Shown: positions 51,601 through 64,000 of the stretch, piece by piece
How positions within the stretch are numbered: position 1 is the stretch's first letter
How the letters are laid out: each line of letters begins with the position of its first letter
Assembly: GCF_964204645.1 (NCBI RefSeq)
Contig: NC_134026.1
Coordinates: 19,564,150-19,628,149, forward strand
Direction of reading: 5' to 3'
DNA length: 64,000 nucleotides
DNA from: Tubulanus polymorphus
Taxonomy: Eukaryota; Animalia; Nemertea
Made by a program: the position numbers and the translations under genes
The notes under the pieces: generated by a model
What the model was told of the DNA's origin: nothing
Seen by the model: the letters and a program-made list of their open reading frames with translations, nothing else
Database searches by the model: none

Positions 51601-54600
51601 ATTTTATCATGAAATAATGTGAAAAAGCCGGTTTGTAAGATCGGAGTGAAAATTCGCTCTAGGCCCTGTATTCAACCAACTCATTTCAATGTCACTGCGT
51701 TGGTGCAAATTTCATTGTTTTTCGCCGCTTTTTGATAAGTCATTCTCTCATATTTTACAGACAGTTGAGACTGGAAAACGATCGCGATCATCAGGAACAG
51801 GCGTATCAGAGACTGAAAGACAACGTCGAACAGTGCGAACGCGACTTGCAAACGAAGAAGGAAAAGGAGCGACAACTCGGCCTGAAAGTGAAACAGCTTA
51901 CTTCAAAACTGAAATCGGAAAAGGAGGAGGTACCGCTTACGCAATACGATCTACAAATATTGACATATTATTATTCTATGAAGTTTTGGTACAGTAGCGT
52001 GTTCAGGCTGCATCCCCACTTGCCAGGGGTCTGGTATCGCTCCCAAACTCACTCACCAACGCCCTGGCCTCGCTTAATTTCATTGCTGGCGCTTTAAGGC
52101 CGGCTTATGTCGTCAAGCAACGCGATGCCTACCGATGCAACCAGGTTTATTGCTGATTAGCGGCCTACGAGCGGCCACCAGTTGCTGCTCTATGGGTTCG
52201 ACATAAGCCGGCTTGCGATGGCAACTCGTCGCCTACCGACTCGTCGCAGGCTAGTTGACTTAGTTAGAATTAGTTAGTTTAATGATCATAATCAAATGAG
52301 ATGATTGTCAATGAACAAAGAATTAGAAGAAAAACAATAAGTTTTTATATTGTAACTAGAGTTACAAAAATATTTACAGGAAAACAGTGCAGAAAACAAG
52401 TACCATACTATACACATATCATTTCAAACATCAAATTAAATGTAATATTCAAACCCCAATTTAACGTACTTCTTTAATCCATTAGACGCCGCGACTTCAT
52501 ATTTATGTTCCAGAATAACAAAAATTGAATTGGCCAATTGAATTTGCATACAAAGATTATTAGAGATGCAGTGTGTGAAAACCACTGAAAATGATGCATT
52601 ACAACCATTGGTTATTTTGAAGATAATTATACAGGCTTTCCATCGCTGTATAGATTTGGTCGATCATCGGTCAAAAGTTTGACCTTTGGCCCCTCAAACT
52701 ATGGGTGGCGCTATAGCACAACGGACGTTCTGCGGAGATACAAGTCCGATGTCGACGGACATTCTATTGTCTAATGGGTTAAAATGATTTTTCAAGGGAA
52801 TGAATAGTCATCTAGAGATGAATTTCAGAGAAACGTAAAATTGAAAGAGATTTCTTTTCCATCGTCAGGTGAAACGGCTCAATTCGGTGATGCACCACCG
52901 CAACGTTCAATATCAACACGAATTGAAGAAGAAAGAGCGCGAAGCCCTGAAAATAAAGGACCGCCTACATCAAGCTTTAATGGACAAAAAACAAGAGAAG
53001 AGAATTGGTAAGAATAGAAATACAGTCAGCCTCCGATATACCGCCCAAATCAGTGCAGAACGACTTTGGCGGAAAAGAGAGTATGGCGGTGTATCGGGGG
53101 TGTTTTACTATGTGTTTGTATTGAGATGTACATTGAGGTAACCTGGCAGTAAATGGCAGTCGGGGTGGCGGTAGGCCTATATGGGAGGCCAGTATATCGG
53201 GGTGGTTCATTGTATACACTTCGAAATTTTGAATGAAGAATTCGCAAGGATAAACACTCCTTGAAATCAAATTAGGCCTACATTAGTTCATTTTCAAATA
53301 TTATACTCTTAAGAGTGAAATTCTAAACAAGAAGAGGGTCAGCACTTATCACTTTAGAAGAGTATCTTTAGTTGACCTCTGTAAATAGCTTAATTTTGAA
53401 TTTGAAATCTTCGTCGTTGATATTGTTAAATTCCTCTGTATTTACAGGAATGCAAATTTTAAACTCGCTCCAGCGAGTCGATGGCAAGCGAGGCACATGG
53501 AAAACTAGTTCAAGGTATGGTTGTTTACATCAAGCCGTCTAGCATGTCTGCACGCTCTCGTCATCAACAACTGACAACTCAACACGTTAGGTGTGAAAGA
53601 CAATACCAGTTGGTGCCTAAAACTGCGTTTAATGGTATCTGTTTCATAACCATGCAACATGTTTCATAGCCGGTTTGGCCTATAAGTGGATCACCTAATG
53701 GATGACCCCCTTATCCAGTAAATTACCACATGCATAAGACCCCCTTATCTAGTTAATTTCCCCATATGCATAAGACACCCTTATCTAGTTAATTACCCCA
53801 TATCCATAAGACCCATTATCCAGGAAGAAAGACACTCTAAATATTTGGATGGATATATGAAAGCTGCGGGTACTGGAGTTTGTAATGGGTAGTGTAGTGT
53901 GATCTGTGTGCATTTGTGGCCAGCACACAGATCACATTGTTCAATGGGGTTTGGTCCAGGACTCGCGAGATTTTCAACAACGTGGAAGTAACGTGTAATA
54001 TATGATGACTTGAATTGCATGACTACCTACCACCCCTCATTATTGTTGGAAAACTAAACGCTCGGCACTGACTAAAAATTAGTAATAACATTTTAGAAAT
54101 GGCCAGAATTTTAACTTAGGTTGTATCTCATTTTTATTTTACAATTGCGATTGGTATTAATTTTTTTTAAACGGCCGTTAAGGCTTCATGTTTCGTCTGC
54201 AATTCACTGCAAATAGTTACGCAACTACGCACATTTCAGTGTTTTTGGCAGCTGTTCACTCAATCGGCACCGTTCGTGACTAGCTTCACTGCGGAATTAT
54301 CATTAATTAACATCGCCATATCACATCATCAACTTATATTGTGCCTTAAAACCCTAACAGCCAAAATAATTGAAATGCACACACGATTTCTATCATTGAA
54401 AATTGAGAGAGTGGCCATGTTTGTGTTCTGCTGCTTCGCGTAAATCCAGCACGGTGGCGGAACTGCGCGGAGTGGGGCCGATACGTCTAGTTAATTACCC
54501 CATATCCATAAGACCCCTTATCTAGTTAATTACCCCATATCCATAAGATCCCTTATCTTGTTAATTACCCCATATCCATAAGACCCCTGATCTAGTTAAT

Positions 54601-57600
54601 TACCCCATATCCATAAGACCCCTTATCTAGTTAATTACCCCATATCCATAAGACCCCTTATCTAGTTAATTACCCCATATCCATAAGACCCCCTTATCTA
54701 GTTAATTACCCCATATCCATAAGATCCCTTATCTTGTTAATTACCCCATATCCATAAGACCCCTTATCTAGTTAATTTCCCCATATGCATAAGACCCCCT
54801 TATCTAGTTAATTACCCCATATCCATAAGACCTCCTTATCTAGTTAATTACCCCATATCCATAAGAGACTTAGTTGTGAGTTGTTGATTTCATTAGATTA
54901 TTTCTCAGTTGATACTTCGACAAATTTGCGAACTCTCAGATAAGAGACATTCATCGAGTTTGAGAGATCAATATAAGAAATTACTGGTGTATTTAATTTT
55001 CACTTACCAGCTAACCACTGTCACAATAAAACCAGGCCCTCGATATTATAGGTTATTAGCTAATATGCATCACTGCGACATTTAAGGTAGGCTCCTTTTC
55101 TACTGATCTTCGAATATATATTTGAAACACTTGAAATAAATCTATGAAGATGGGTAGTATGATTCTACCCGAAATGTCAGATTGATGAATATTTGCTATT
55201 AGGCACTGCACGTCTGGTGTTGTATATGCACTAGACTGCACGATTAGTCTAAATCGATAATCAAAAACCATGAGGTAACGAAATAGTACATGTAGCAGGA
55301 TGGCTACTTAACTCGAAATCAGAGAAAACTCGGGGAATTTTCTTAAGAAAAGTCAGGGAATAATCGGAGAATTTAGTAATGAGTAAGCTAAAAAAAACAA
55401 TCAGGGATAAGTCAGGGAAATATGTTGAGATTGCTATATTGCGCATATATGATCAAACAGGTTCCGTATATGTCTTACCGGTGTGTATTTGACTATGTTA
55501 ATTGATTGGATTCTTAGCAGATCAAGTCAGACATTGTCAAGGGAAAAACCAAGTCAAATAAGAGTGGCCACCCTGATGTAGTTTGTACCTTATTTTCAGA
55601 CATGAAGAAGAGATGTACACACTGATTATCAATAATTATGAAGAGAAACAGAAAGAATTACGTGTGGAAAATCATCAACTACGTCAGAGTTTGAAAGACG
55701 TGCAGAATGAACTTATCAACGTGCTCAACTCAAAGTTCTCGCCTACCAAGTCGCCGAACACTTCACAGGTACAAGATCCACAGATTTATATTGAAAATTG
55801 TGATTCTGATTTAAAAAGACACACCATTATGCAAGGTCACAGATGTTCTTTCTCTACGCTCCGACTAACAGAATCTGCTCACCATTAGAAAATACAGACT
55901 AGAATCATTTGGTGGAAGATCTTTCTACGTGCATGCTCCCGTTATTTGGAACTCGCTCCCATCTTATCTTCGATCTCTAGACAGCTTCGCAGCATTTAAA
56001 ACCGGACTTAAAACATTTCTTTTTACCCGTCGCTTCTGTACCGCTGGGGAGCGCCTTTGAACACTGATTATTGTGAAATCGGCGCTATACAAATATGAAC
56101 ATTCATTCATTCATTCATTCATTCTTTCCTCCTTTATGTACATTGGGACTCATCCAGAAATTGAAACGTTATTCCTTCTTTTTACTGACAGTGTCCATTG
56201 GGATATACTCAAAGGATCCCCCTCCTAAGATCCTCTCCTCACGGCCTTTGGCCCCTCAGGCTTTGCCAATGAGCGACTTGCTTTTTAGCCTTTACTTAAG
56301 ATTTTGCAAAGATTCTTTAGAAAGATAATATTCATCTGTATATCCAGTCAACTCAGTCCTAATGATGCTGAGTAATGGAGGAGTCTACCCTACATACATT
56401 GAGGAATGATCATTTCTTACCTAATATCTTGCAAGAACATATATTAACATAGGTCTTATGTTTTTCCTTTCCCCTAAGTAATGACTTTTGTTGAATCTTT
56501 TTAGTAGGGTCTATGGTATTAAGTATATTTGACTTTGTTCGTATTTAATTTAGATCTGAAACCGTTTAAATCTACTCGGATTACAATGCTGCGTTATAAT
56601 CACATCTTTGAGCATTGCCTTTAGGCTTGCACTATATCCCTCATCTTTGAAAATTTATGTGAACATTGATAATGAAAATGATAATTTTTTGTAAGATTTA
56701 TATAATAATATAGATTAATTTCATTAGGCCTATATATTATAGATGTATTTATCAAATGGAAACGCATTTTTTATTCAGAATCTTAATGACACGCTGGACG
56801 ACTGCGATGACATCAGCGAAGCGACGACATCGGCGTCTCATTCGCTCGACACGTTATCCGACGGCCACTTTCAAATGCCGTACGAAATAGTCAAGGAGGG
56901 TATCGAAAAAAGCCTGAAAGAAAAGTGTCGTCTGCTCAAAGAACATATCAGAAATTTGCATTCAGAAAGTCAGAAAGGTGAATAACTGCTACGATTAATA
57001 TAGTTTATTATATCCTGTGTCTCAATATGAATATCATTTTCCCCGAATCATTTTTGCAATGATCACATCTGAGGCTTCAACAAAGAATCTAATGAATTAA
57101 AAACTGTCAAATCCCTTTCACTCATGTATCATTGCTCCATTCAAGAACTAAGCTGTGTACTAATTGAATCATTTAAACCTTATTCGAATTTCACTCTGTG
57201 GAGAAGACATATTAGTCATTACATATTAAGATATAAGCTAGTTTGAAAGCCCATTTAACAACTTATATAGCATGAAAATTTAAGAATACTGTACTTTTAG
57301 TCTAAGTTATGACTCAGGAATTCATCCAGCATGGGTCGTGATGAGCTTCCTCCACTGTCACGACAAAGCTCAAAAGATCTAGTAGTTTCTGATCGGAAGA
57401 GCAGATCGAGTAGTTGATCGATTTCATTTATTGGTTTCTAGGTTCGGTCGAATCGTCTCCACAGTCTTGTGATAACGATAGTAAATGGAAACAGCAGATC
57501 GATGAACTGACGGAAAAAGTCAATCATTACGACAGTATTATACAGCAACAAGAGGATCTTATATTGGTACGTGTGTACCCCGGTATTTAGATTATCAGGG

Positions 57601-60600
57601 TGGGCCCTTCCCTGGGAATCGGGGAAAAGTCTGGGAATAGTCAAGGAATTTTGTAAAGAAAAAAGCTAAAGAATCAGGGAAAGCTCAGGGAAATTTGTTT
57701 ATGTTGCTAGATTGCGTATAGAACCAAAAAGTTTCCGTCTTTGTCTTACATATTTAACCTTACAGGGACATCGCTTGCAAAACATAACCATTGCAGCTTA
57801 TGGAAGAAACCCTCAAAGATCGTGGAATTTGATCCTTATCGAGGGAATTTTAGATCTCTTATTGCTAATGATATGACATAGTAAACCGTGCTTAATCCAG
57901 ATCATTTGGGACCATTGAATCATTCTTGCCTATGGGAAATCTGTGTTCAAATAGATTTATGAATAGTTAGACCATAGATAATATTTTGCATACAGTTCTC
58001 AGTTAAGTAAGTTCTCGACTATAGATAACAAAAAAATATTGGTCAAACTGATCTCGGTCGGGCAGGTTTGACAATTTAATTTTATCTCTAAATTCTATTT
58101 TGAAATCACAGTCACTGCAGAACGGCTCGGCGAACAATACTCTTCAGAATTCGATTCTCAGCGATTCGAATTACCTCGAGGAGCAGACGGCGTTCGCCGA
58201 TGCGAAACGATTGTTTTATGAACAAAAAGCTCACTTCGAAGAGGAACGAAAGAACTTCACGGAGGCGGCGATTCGCCTCGGTAGAGAGGTACTGTGTTCA
58301 TCAAAATTTCTGCTTCAAAAGTTCATTTGATGGGGCGAGTGGTTGATGCTTCCAACGAAAATAGCTCCTGTCAAAATGAAAGTGGGCACCATTGAAAAAC
58401 TGGTATTTTGGTAGAACTCCACGGTCAGTTTTGGATGACGCCCCACCCAGTTGATTAGGTTGAGATACAGAATTTGTGCATTTGGTCACAATAGATAGAT
58501 TGAACCACATCACATAGACACGGCATGACCATTGAGTCATTTTGGAAATACATGCGGAGTCTTCGATGAAACACTCGGCCCTTGTGACATTAATATAAAA
58601 TCTTATATGAAAAAATGTATAAGATATATATTCTGAAATGTTTCCTTGAGCTATTAGATTATGCAGCCTTTCTACTACATATATGATATCCTAATAATAG
58701 TTACCTTCAGGAATACATTGGTTTTGTGTTTTGATAAGGAATAGATTCAGTGGATAATGCTCTTGATTTTACAAATTATCAATGAACGTAGAACAATTGT
58801 TTTGATGTAACTTACAGCCGTGTTGGTAGAAACTTCATACTTTTTTCAGAGAAAATCGTTCGAGGACGAAAAAGCATCTTTCCTGCAGCAACAGTTCATG
58901 CATATGACGCCGTTTACCAAGCAGCGAAGCCATTCGCAGTCGAAAATAGTGATGACTAGTAAATCGATTCCACCCACCGGATCCACGACGAAATCTAAAT
59001 CAAGCAGTAAGTTTATGTTTCCTTTCATATTGAATTTCTTCATTGCTCAATGACAAATGGTATGCAGTGGCTTTTACATGTTCACTTGAAAGACCTCACC
59101 GTGTTTAGAATTTTACCTCATGTAGTTAATTGACTACATGTATGTGTAAAAGAAAAAGTTTCCATCATTGTACTAAATCCTCGAAATTTGCGATGAGAAA
59201 TTCTGATTTAGCTTGTACAGTGAACCATGCGTAAACGAGGTGTTACAGGGTTCAACCGAGTTAGAAATCCAATTTTTAAGAACTGATGTTTTTCCAAGAG
59301 TGAGAAGCAAAAAATGGGACCCATCATTTTCTCTTACTTATCCGACTGACACTGATCTTACTTATGCATGGTTTACTCTGCCCTGTCTTTAGAGCAGGTC
59401 GTGTGCACTTTCGGCACGTCACTTTAAGGCGGCCATTAAATCACCCATGATTTTGCTTTGCTGTGCTCACATGATTCTCCTGTCCTCCGCACAGGTTCAC
59501 AAGCCGGTCCGAGGTTAGTTCCGTCCACGCCAAACTTTTCACCCGCCCCGAAAGGTCTACATTCAAACGAAAAAACTCCATCCACGCTTGATCTCTATCG
59601 AACTATTGGATTGGTGTCCGAGGAGCAGAAAGAGTAAGTTTCTAATACTGTTAACACTCAGTTTTCATCAAATGATCAATAATTGCTTTAATTGCTCGAA
59701 ATTCATAGTTAAAATTACTGGTGTATGTATTTTGAGGGCCAATTTCAGGCACCAACCATTTTTCAGGCAATAATTGGACAATAAGGAATGAGGGATCTTG
59801 TCATTTTCTTTGCCAAAAAAAATATATCTTAGTGTAGATTGAGGCTTATGATAATGAAATATCTCAAAAGAGGCAATGGCAGAAGACCATGAAATACGAG
59901 ATATCTCGAATTGGCAATTGTGGGATACTTTGAGTACGAGATAGTTTCTAGCTTAAAAGTTAGACTAATTCATGAATTAATCACACATTCAGAGCTGCCA
60001 ACATTGCCAACAGTGTTTTCGGTAAGAAAAACTGATTTGATTTGTTGAATATGAAATATGTTACTGAGGGACTCGCCTTTGATTACTGATTAATTTTAAA
60101 AATTCTTGCGCATATTTTGATAAAAAATTGCTGAAGAAAATTCAATTTGTTACTGATAGCACTTGCAGAGGTTGGCAGCCCAAAACATTATGCTCTACCG
60201 GCATCAATCAGTCAGTATCCTGCTTCATAAAACAATTCCTGGCAAAAACCTAGATAACGCTATGGTTTACTTGATATCTCGATCGTTCAAATTCATTATT
60301 TTGTTTTAGTAGAATAGCCACACTCTGAAAATTATTCAGAATTTTAGAAATCAAATCAAATTTGATTTATCAATTTTTAGTTAGAATTTGCTCTTAATTT
60401 CGTAAAATTCTGCATACAGTGGGTTTTAAACTTATACCAATTTGTTTTTATTGTTTTTGTTTTTGTTTTTTTGTAGAAACAAGCCCGCTTCAAAACATAA
60501 ACTAGATGGCTCGGCGACGACTACGTTCATCTACCACCGTAAGAACTCGAACGAATCGAGGAATTCGTCCCGCCTAACGACTCCTTCGAACAGTTCGCGA

Positions 60601-60684
60601 ACGTCGCCGGCTCCGCACCGGCAGGGCGAGGCTTTACGTACGGCGTTGTTTCGAAACGACGGCGACGGAAGTAACAATAAGTGA
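48695..60684 (+). CDS. SSX2IP: Afadin- and alpha-actinin-binding protein (ADIP/SSX2IP/Msd1), about 632 aa. Exons: 48695..48910, 49496..49629, 51761..51929, 52869..53007, 53448..53514, 55600..55768, 56779..56977, 57442..57566, 58112..58288, 58850..59006, 59495..59633, 60477..60684
   Basis: N-terminal MGDW, then FCTIDNV...YLNQELTVRGF, VANTMNELL, QYQHELKKKERE..KIKDRLHQ, QRVDGKRGTWKT, HEEEMY..IINNYEEKQKEL..EN..LR and FEEERKNFTEAAIRLGRERKSFE, matching the vertebrate SSX2IP sequence as I recall it. All 11 GT-AG introns are phase-consistent. Confidence 0.92.
50112..51348 (+). mobile_element. Helentron-associated non-autonomous element (HINE/DINE-1-like) in an SSX2IP intron
   Basis: T-rich start, 5' subTIR GCCCACTTGGGA with adjacent inverted copy, TCCG/GTCC microsatellite and internal about-150-bp tandem units (about 50690-51280). 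The 3' subTIR TCCCAAGTGGGC is followed by the hairpin GGTC-TCCCTG-GACC and a CTAGTT end. Confidence 0.75.
53023..53212. mobile_element. Tc1/mariner (pogo/Tigger-like) MITE; truncated copy at about 6685-6836
   Basis: TA|CAGTCAGCCTCCGATATACCG ... GTATATCGGGGTGGTTCATTG|TA. The internal GAGAGTATGGCGGT.TATCGGGGGTGTTTTACTATGT is shared with the 6.7-kb copy. Confidence 0.7.
53704..53823. repeat. Shorter, more diverged block (about 3.5 copies) of the same 35-bp minisatellite
   Basis: GACCCCCTTATC(C/T)AGT(A/T)AATT.CCCCATAT(G/C)CATAA units. Confidence 0.9.
54486..54866. repeat. 35-36 bp minisatellite, about 11 copies
   Basis: Unit GACCCCTTATCTAGTTAATTACCCCATATCCATAA, head-to-tail with no spacers. Confidence 0.95.
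55296..55575. mobile_element. hAT-like MITE (CAGGGTGGCCAC family); related copies at about 49140-49405 and about 57596-57870
   Basis: CAGGATGGCTAC ... GTGGCCACCCTG with internal TCAGGGAA repeats and ATGTAG on both flanks. Confidence 0.55.
55850..56124 (+). mobile_element. 3' end of an L2/CR1-clade LINE
   Basis: The frame ...KYRLESFGGRSFYVHAPVIWNSLPSYLRSLDSFAAFKTGLKTFLF is a typical L2 ORF2 C-terminus. It is followed by a 3'UTR GCGCTATACAAAT and a (CATT)n tail. Confidence 0.8.
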
Positions 60685-60856
60685 CAGTAACTATATAAAA
60701 AAGAACTATAGTATTTAGCCTATCCTTGCACATGGCATATTTTATTCTAGCTGATTATGTGAATTCGCGCTGCTTAAATCATGGGTGTCCCCAGGATTTT
60801 TCAAGGGAGTTGAATTTCTCTTTAAAATGACTTAATCTACTAGATTTTAGGCTTAA

Positions 60857-61497
60857 AGGGCACATGCCCACTAAATAGAATATCATATAAAAGTTATTCT
60901 TTAAAGTTATATGTTCAGAAATTATAAATATGCTACTGATTTCAATTTTAGTTTAGCCTTCTCTGAGAAATAAGACTTTTAGATCGGCAATTTCAGCACG
61001 TGCTCACTGTTATTGTTTATGTGTGCAGGTGCGCGTTTCTGACGTCATCTTTGTTGAACGCTAACTGTTTCCAGTCATTTCACTAGACATTGCAAAGGTC
61101 ATTTTATCCTCTCGGAAGATTTTTAGAATTAATGAATTCTAAACTATTATATATGTTGGTGCCATCATATATGACATGATAAACATATATTAGTGGGTGT
61201 ACTATATAGCTGTGATTAAAGCAAACAAATGATGTTCATTTTCTAGATTTCATATAGGCTACTGTGCACTGTGAGCACACACGTGCTTGTGTTTATAACA
61301 AAGATACCGTCAAAAATAGCGCCGACTGCGGGATATAGGTGAACTACGTAAACAAAGTGGAGAATAATTAAATGTCTAATTTAGAGCTAATCTGTCATCT
61401 TTTTTTCGATCAGTCACATCTCAGGTTGTTATTTGTATACAAAAGTAGCATTTGGTTTACTAATCACGGAAAGTACAATTTATTGGGCATGTGCCCT
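60857..61497. mobile_element. Kolobok-like non-autonomous DNA transposon
   Basis: TTAA|AGGGCACATGCCCA ... TGGGCATGTGCCCT|TTAA: TTAA TSD with RR...YY termini. Confidence 0.75.
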
Positions 61498-63349
61498 TTA
61501 AGGCTTTTTAAATGAAAAATATGATTACTACTTAATCCCGATCCAGGTGTACGAAGTTTGGAGCAGACTGCATAATTTATGAGGAAAATATTTTTCATAA
61601 TTCAGGCCCGAAGGCGGCTACTAGTTGAGAGTACGGTAGTCCTTTTGAGAGCTCTACTATTAGAAAAAAATTTCAAACTCAAAATCTCAAGATTTATCAC
61701 GTGGTCTGCATTGTTTGAAAGAGGGCACTTATTGCTCAAAGGTAACGTTCACATCCCCCGATCCCTCAAGGGGATGCCTATATTGAATTCAGTATTTTGG
61801 TCCCAAGTTCATCAAGAATACCCCTTGATGTAAGGCTGTATCTTCCTTGTAATTGACATGATTTTGCTTTTATTCCGAGTATGTTATACGGTTGTTTCTA
61901 TATATAATATGTATATATGTCTGATGCACGGACGTATTAACCTGACACGGTAAAACACCATGACAATGTATTGCAAATACTGGTGCTTTTCATTTCGACT
62001 GCGATAGAAGTAGAGCAAATATTAGAAATTAAGCTCAGGAGTGGTCAGTTCCAAGTGCCATAACACTTAATATACTCGACATAGTATTGTCTGTTTATCC
62101 CCCTATTTTCAATTTTCTGTTTAAACTGTATGTATTTTAGTAGACTAGATTAAATGTGAAATGCTTGCAAAAAGTAAAATCGACACAGCTGAGGGGTCAT
62201 TTTTCTCAGCCCTGTATTATACAGTGCAGTACGGTAATCACCATTGACAATTTTAGTTATAAAAGATGATATTCATATGAAAACACTGGATTCATTTGAT
62301 AAATTGGGCATATCCCTGGAAAGATTGCTTTTGCATGAATCCAGCTAAAGATTTTTTTTTGCATTTGTAATGTTGAATTTTTTACATTATCTCCACGGGC
62401 ATCACTTCAGCTTTTCAGTTCTTAGAATTATTAGAATAATATATCACCAGGTGCATCAAAGCGGTTGAGGCCATTTCTAGTATTGGTTTCGTCAATCCAG
62501 CTCATGAATTTGAATCCTGGTGGAGTTTCTTGGCCAAAGGGTCAACTCTGGCCTCTCTCCTTATAAGGAAAAAACCTTGACTGTGGTAGAAAGTTGCACT
62601 CAGCCGGTTTAAGGATAGAACTAGGTTCATGCGTACATTATTTACAATCTATCATGGACGACTTTTACAGTAACGATGTCCGTAGTCTATATCTTCATCT
62701 GTAAACCGGACTGGTTTAGTTTAGTACTCTCGTAAAAATTAAAGAACTTATCTACTATTCCTGCATTATTAACAAGCCCATGATTTAGAATTTCTTTCTA
62801 GCTCAATATTATATCTTGCTTATAATGCCGCTCCATTGAATCATTTCGAAAGTCCATTTTAATTTAATTTTTGGCTTGATTGAATTACATAGATTACAGA
62901 GTGGTAGGTAAATAATGCTTCTCGTGATTTTATACACGTACGTACACTTTAAACGTTCTTATAATCTCATGATGCCGATGTTTGACGACACACTATGATG
63001 TGACATTGTAATGATTTTGTTGTTTGATGGTAGTTTCCTGCACATTTTCACTCCTAGTCAAACAGCTGGTAACTTGAAGTAGACTGGTGAAATTATAATA
63101 GTTAGGGTGATATTATATATAACGTCTCGCAGATGTGTAATAAACTTTTTCTCGATATCTACTGATTGCATTTTTTTCTGGCAGCAAGAAAGTTGGTTCT
63201 TGATTTTTTTTTAAACCTATGTATATTTTATACCTTACCTAGACATTTAGTGGTGTGACTGTAAATTCGATTTTTAGTGTGCCATGTACCAATCTAGTAT
63301 AGGCCTATCTCACAATCATGGTTAAGTAGGGTCTGTATTTGTAAAACAG

Positions 63350-63481
63350 GTTCCAGTTTCATGAAAGTTTAAACTATGATTTTTGCTTTATTTTCCATTG
63401 GTTACTTCACATTATCAATGAGGACCACAATTCAAACTTCTTAACCGATTTAAGTTTTAAACTTTTTCATGAAACTGGACC
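63350..63481. mobile_element. Short Harbinger-like MITE
   Basis: CAG|GTTCCAGTTTCATGAAAGTTTAAACT ... AAACTTTTTCATGAAACTGGACC|CTG. Confidence 0.65.
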
Positions 63482-64000
63482 CTGGTGTCATTCTGCAACC
63501 TGGCCACCCATTCAGACGTTGATTGTTCGACATCTGAGAGGTGGCTCCTGGCTGTAGATGATACCGCCATAAATTTGAAATATGTAAAAGATATCAAGCA
63601 TAATTATCACGTTTATGTTGACTTGCTTTTATTCTGTATTATTGGGCATTGTACACAAAATACGCGGTAGAACTTAAGAACATGATAACTAAAATCATTG
63701 CCGTTCACACAGTGTTTATTCATGTCTATGCAGGCATAAATCTACTCTGAACCCACCCTTAATGCTGGTATGGAAATCAGATTGTGCAGACTTCATCTAT
63801 CAAATGATGACTGTCTGATAGGCTCCGGTTTCTGGATAGCAAATTAGTCTACTTATGCGAATTCTTTTTGCTCACATATCTCACATATCATCGGACGGAT
63901 ACTCGCGATGTACTATATATCATATCAAGCTTTCTACTAATTTATATCAATATCATAGCTTTGTTAATCATTATTTTTACGTTCTTTAATCATTGAATAC

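Noticed and set aside
52325-52560. Possible L1/Tx1 3' remnant on the minus strand
   Set aside because: Too degraded to support from sequence alone.
54486-54866. CRISPR-like array (35-36 bp repeats)
   Set aside because: Units are head-to-tail with no unique spacers, there are no cas genes, and it lies in a eukaryotic intron.

Overview
AT-rich, intron-containing animal (invertebrate, probably lophotrochozoan) genomic DNA, not prokaryotic; most ORFs in the supplied track are spurious. By tracing splice sites and phases by hand I find four protein-coding genes. (1) A secreted, maize-PAO-like FAD polyamine oxidase (- strand; signal-peptide exon 13017-13074 plus one 1.37-kb exon 11372-12738). (2) The terminal exon of a two-pore K+ (K2P/TWIK) channel (+, 23234-24348). 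Its upstream exons are not visible, so the oxidase is probably nested in its intron. (3) A TNF-receptor-superfamily gene (-, about 38791-47457) with four cysteine-rich domains, a TM helix, a divergent death-domain-like region and a C-terminal PKQTTV. (4) An SSX2IP/ADIP ortholog (+, 48695-60684, 12 coding exons), head-to-head with the TNFR gene. Introns and intergenic DNA hold many non-autonomous elements: Harbinger-, Tc1/pogo-, hAT-, piggyBac-, Kolobok- and Mutator-like MITEs, Helentron-type HINEs, LINE tails and tRNA-derived SINE-like heads. The most distinctive is a young Penelope-like insertion with a 13-bp TSD, inverted pLTRs, two hammerhead-ribozyme cores and a GIY-YIG tail. All family calls come from motif recognition; no database search was run.
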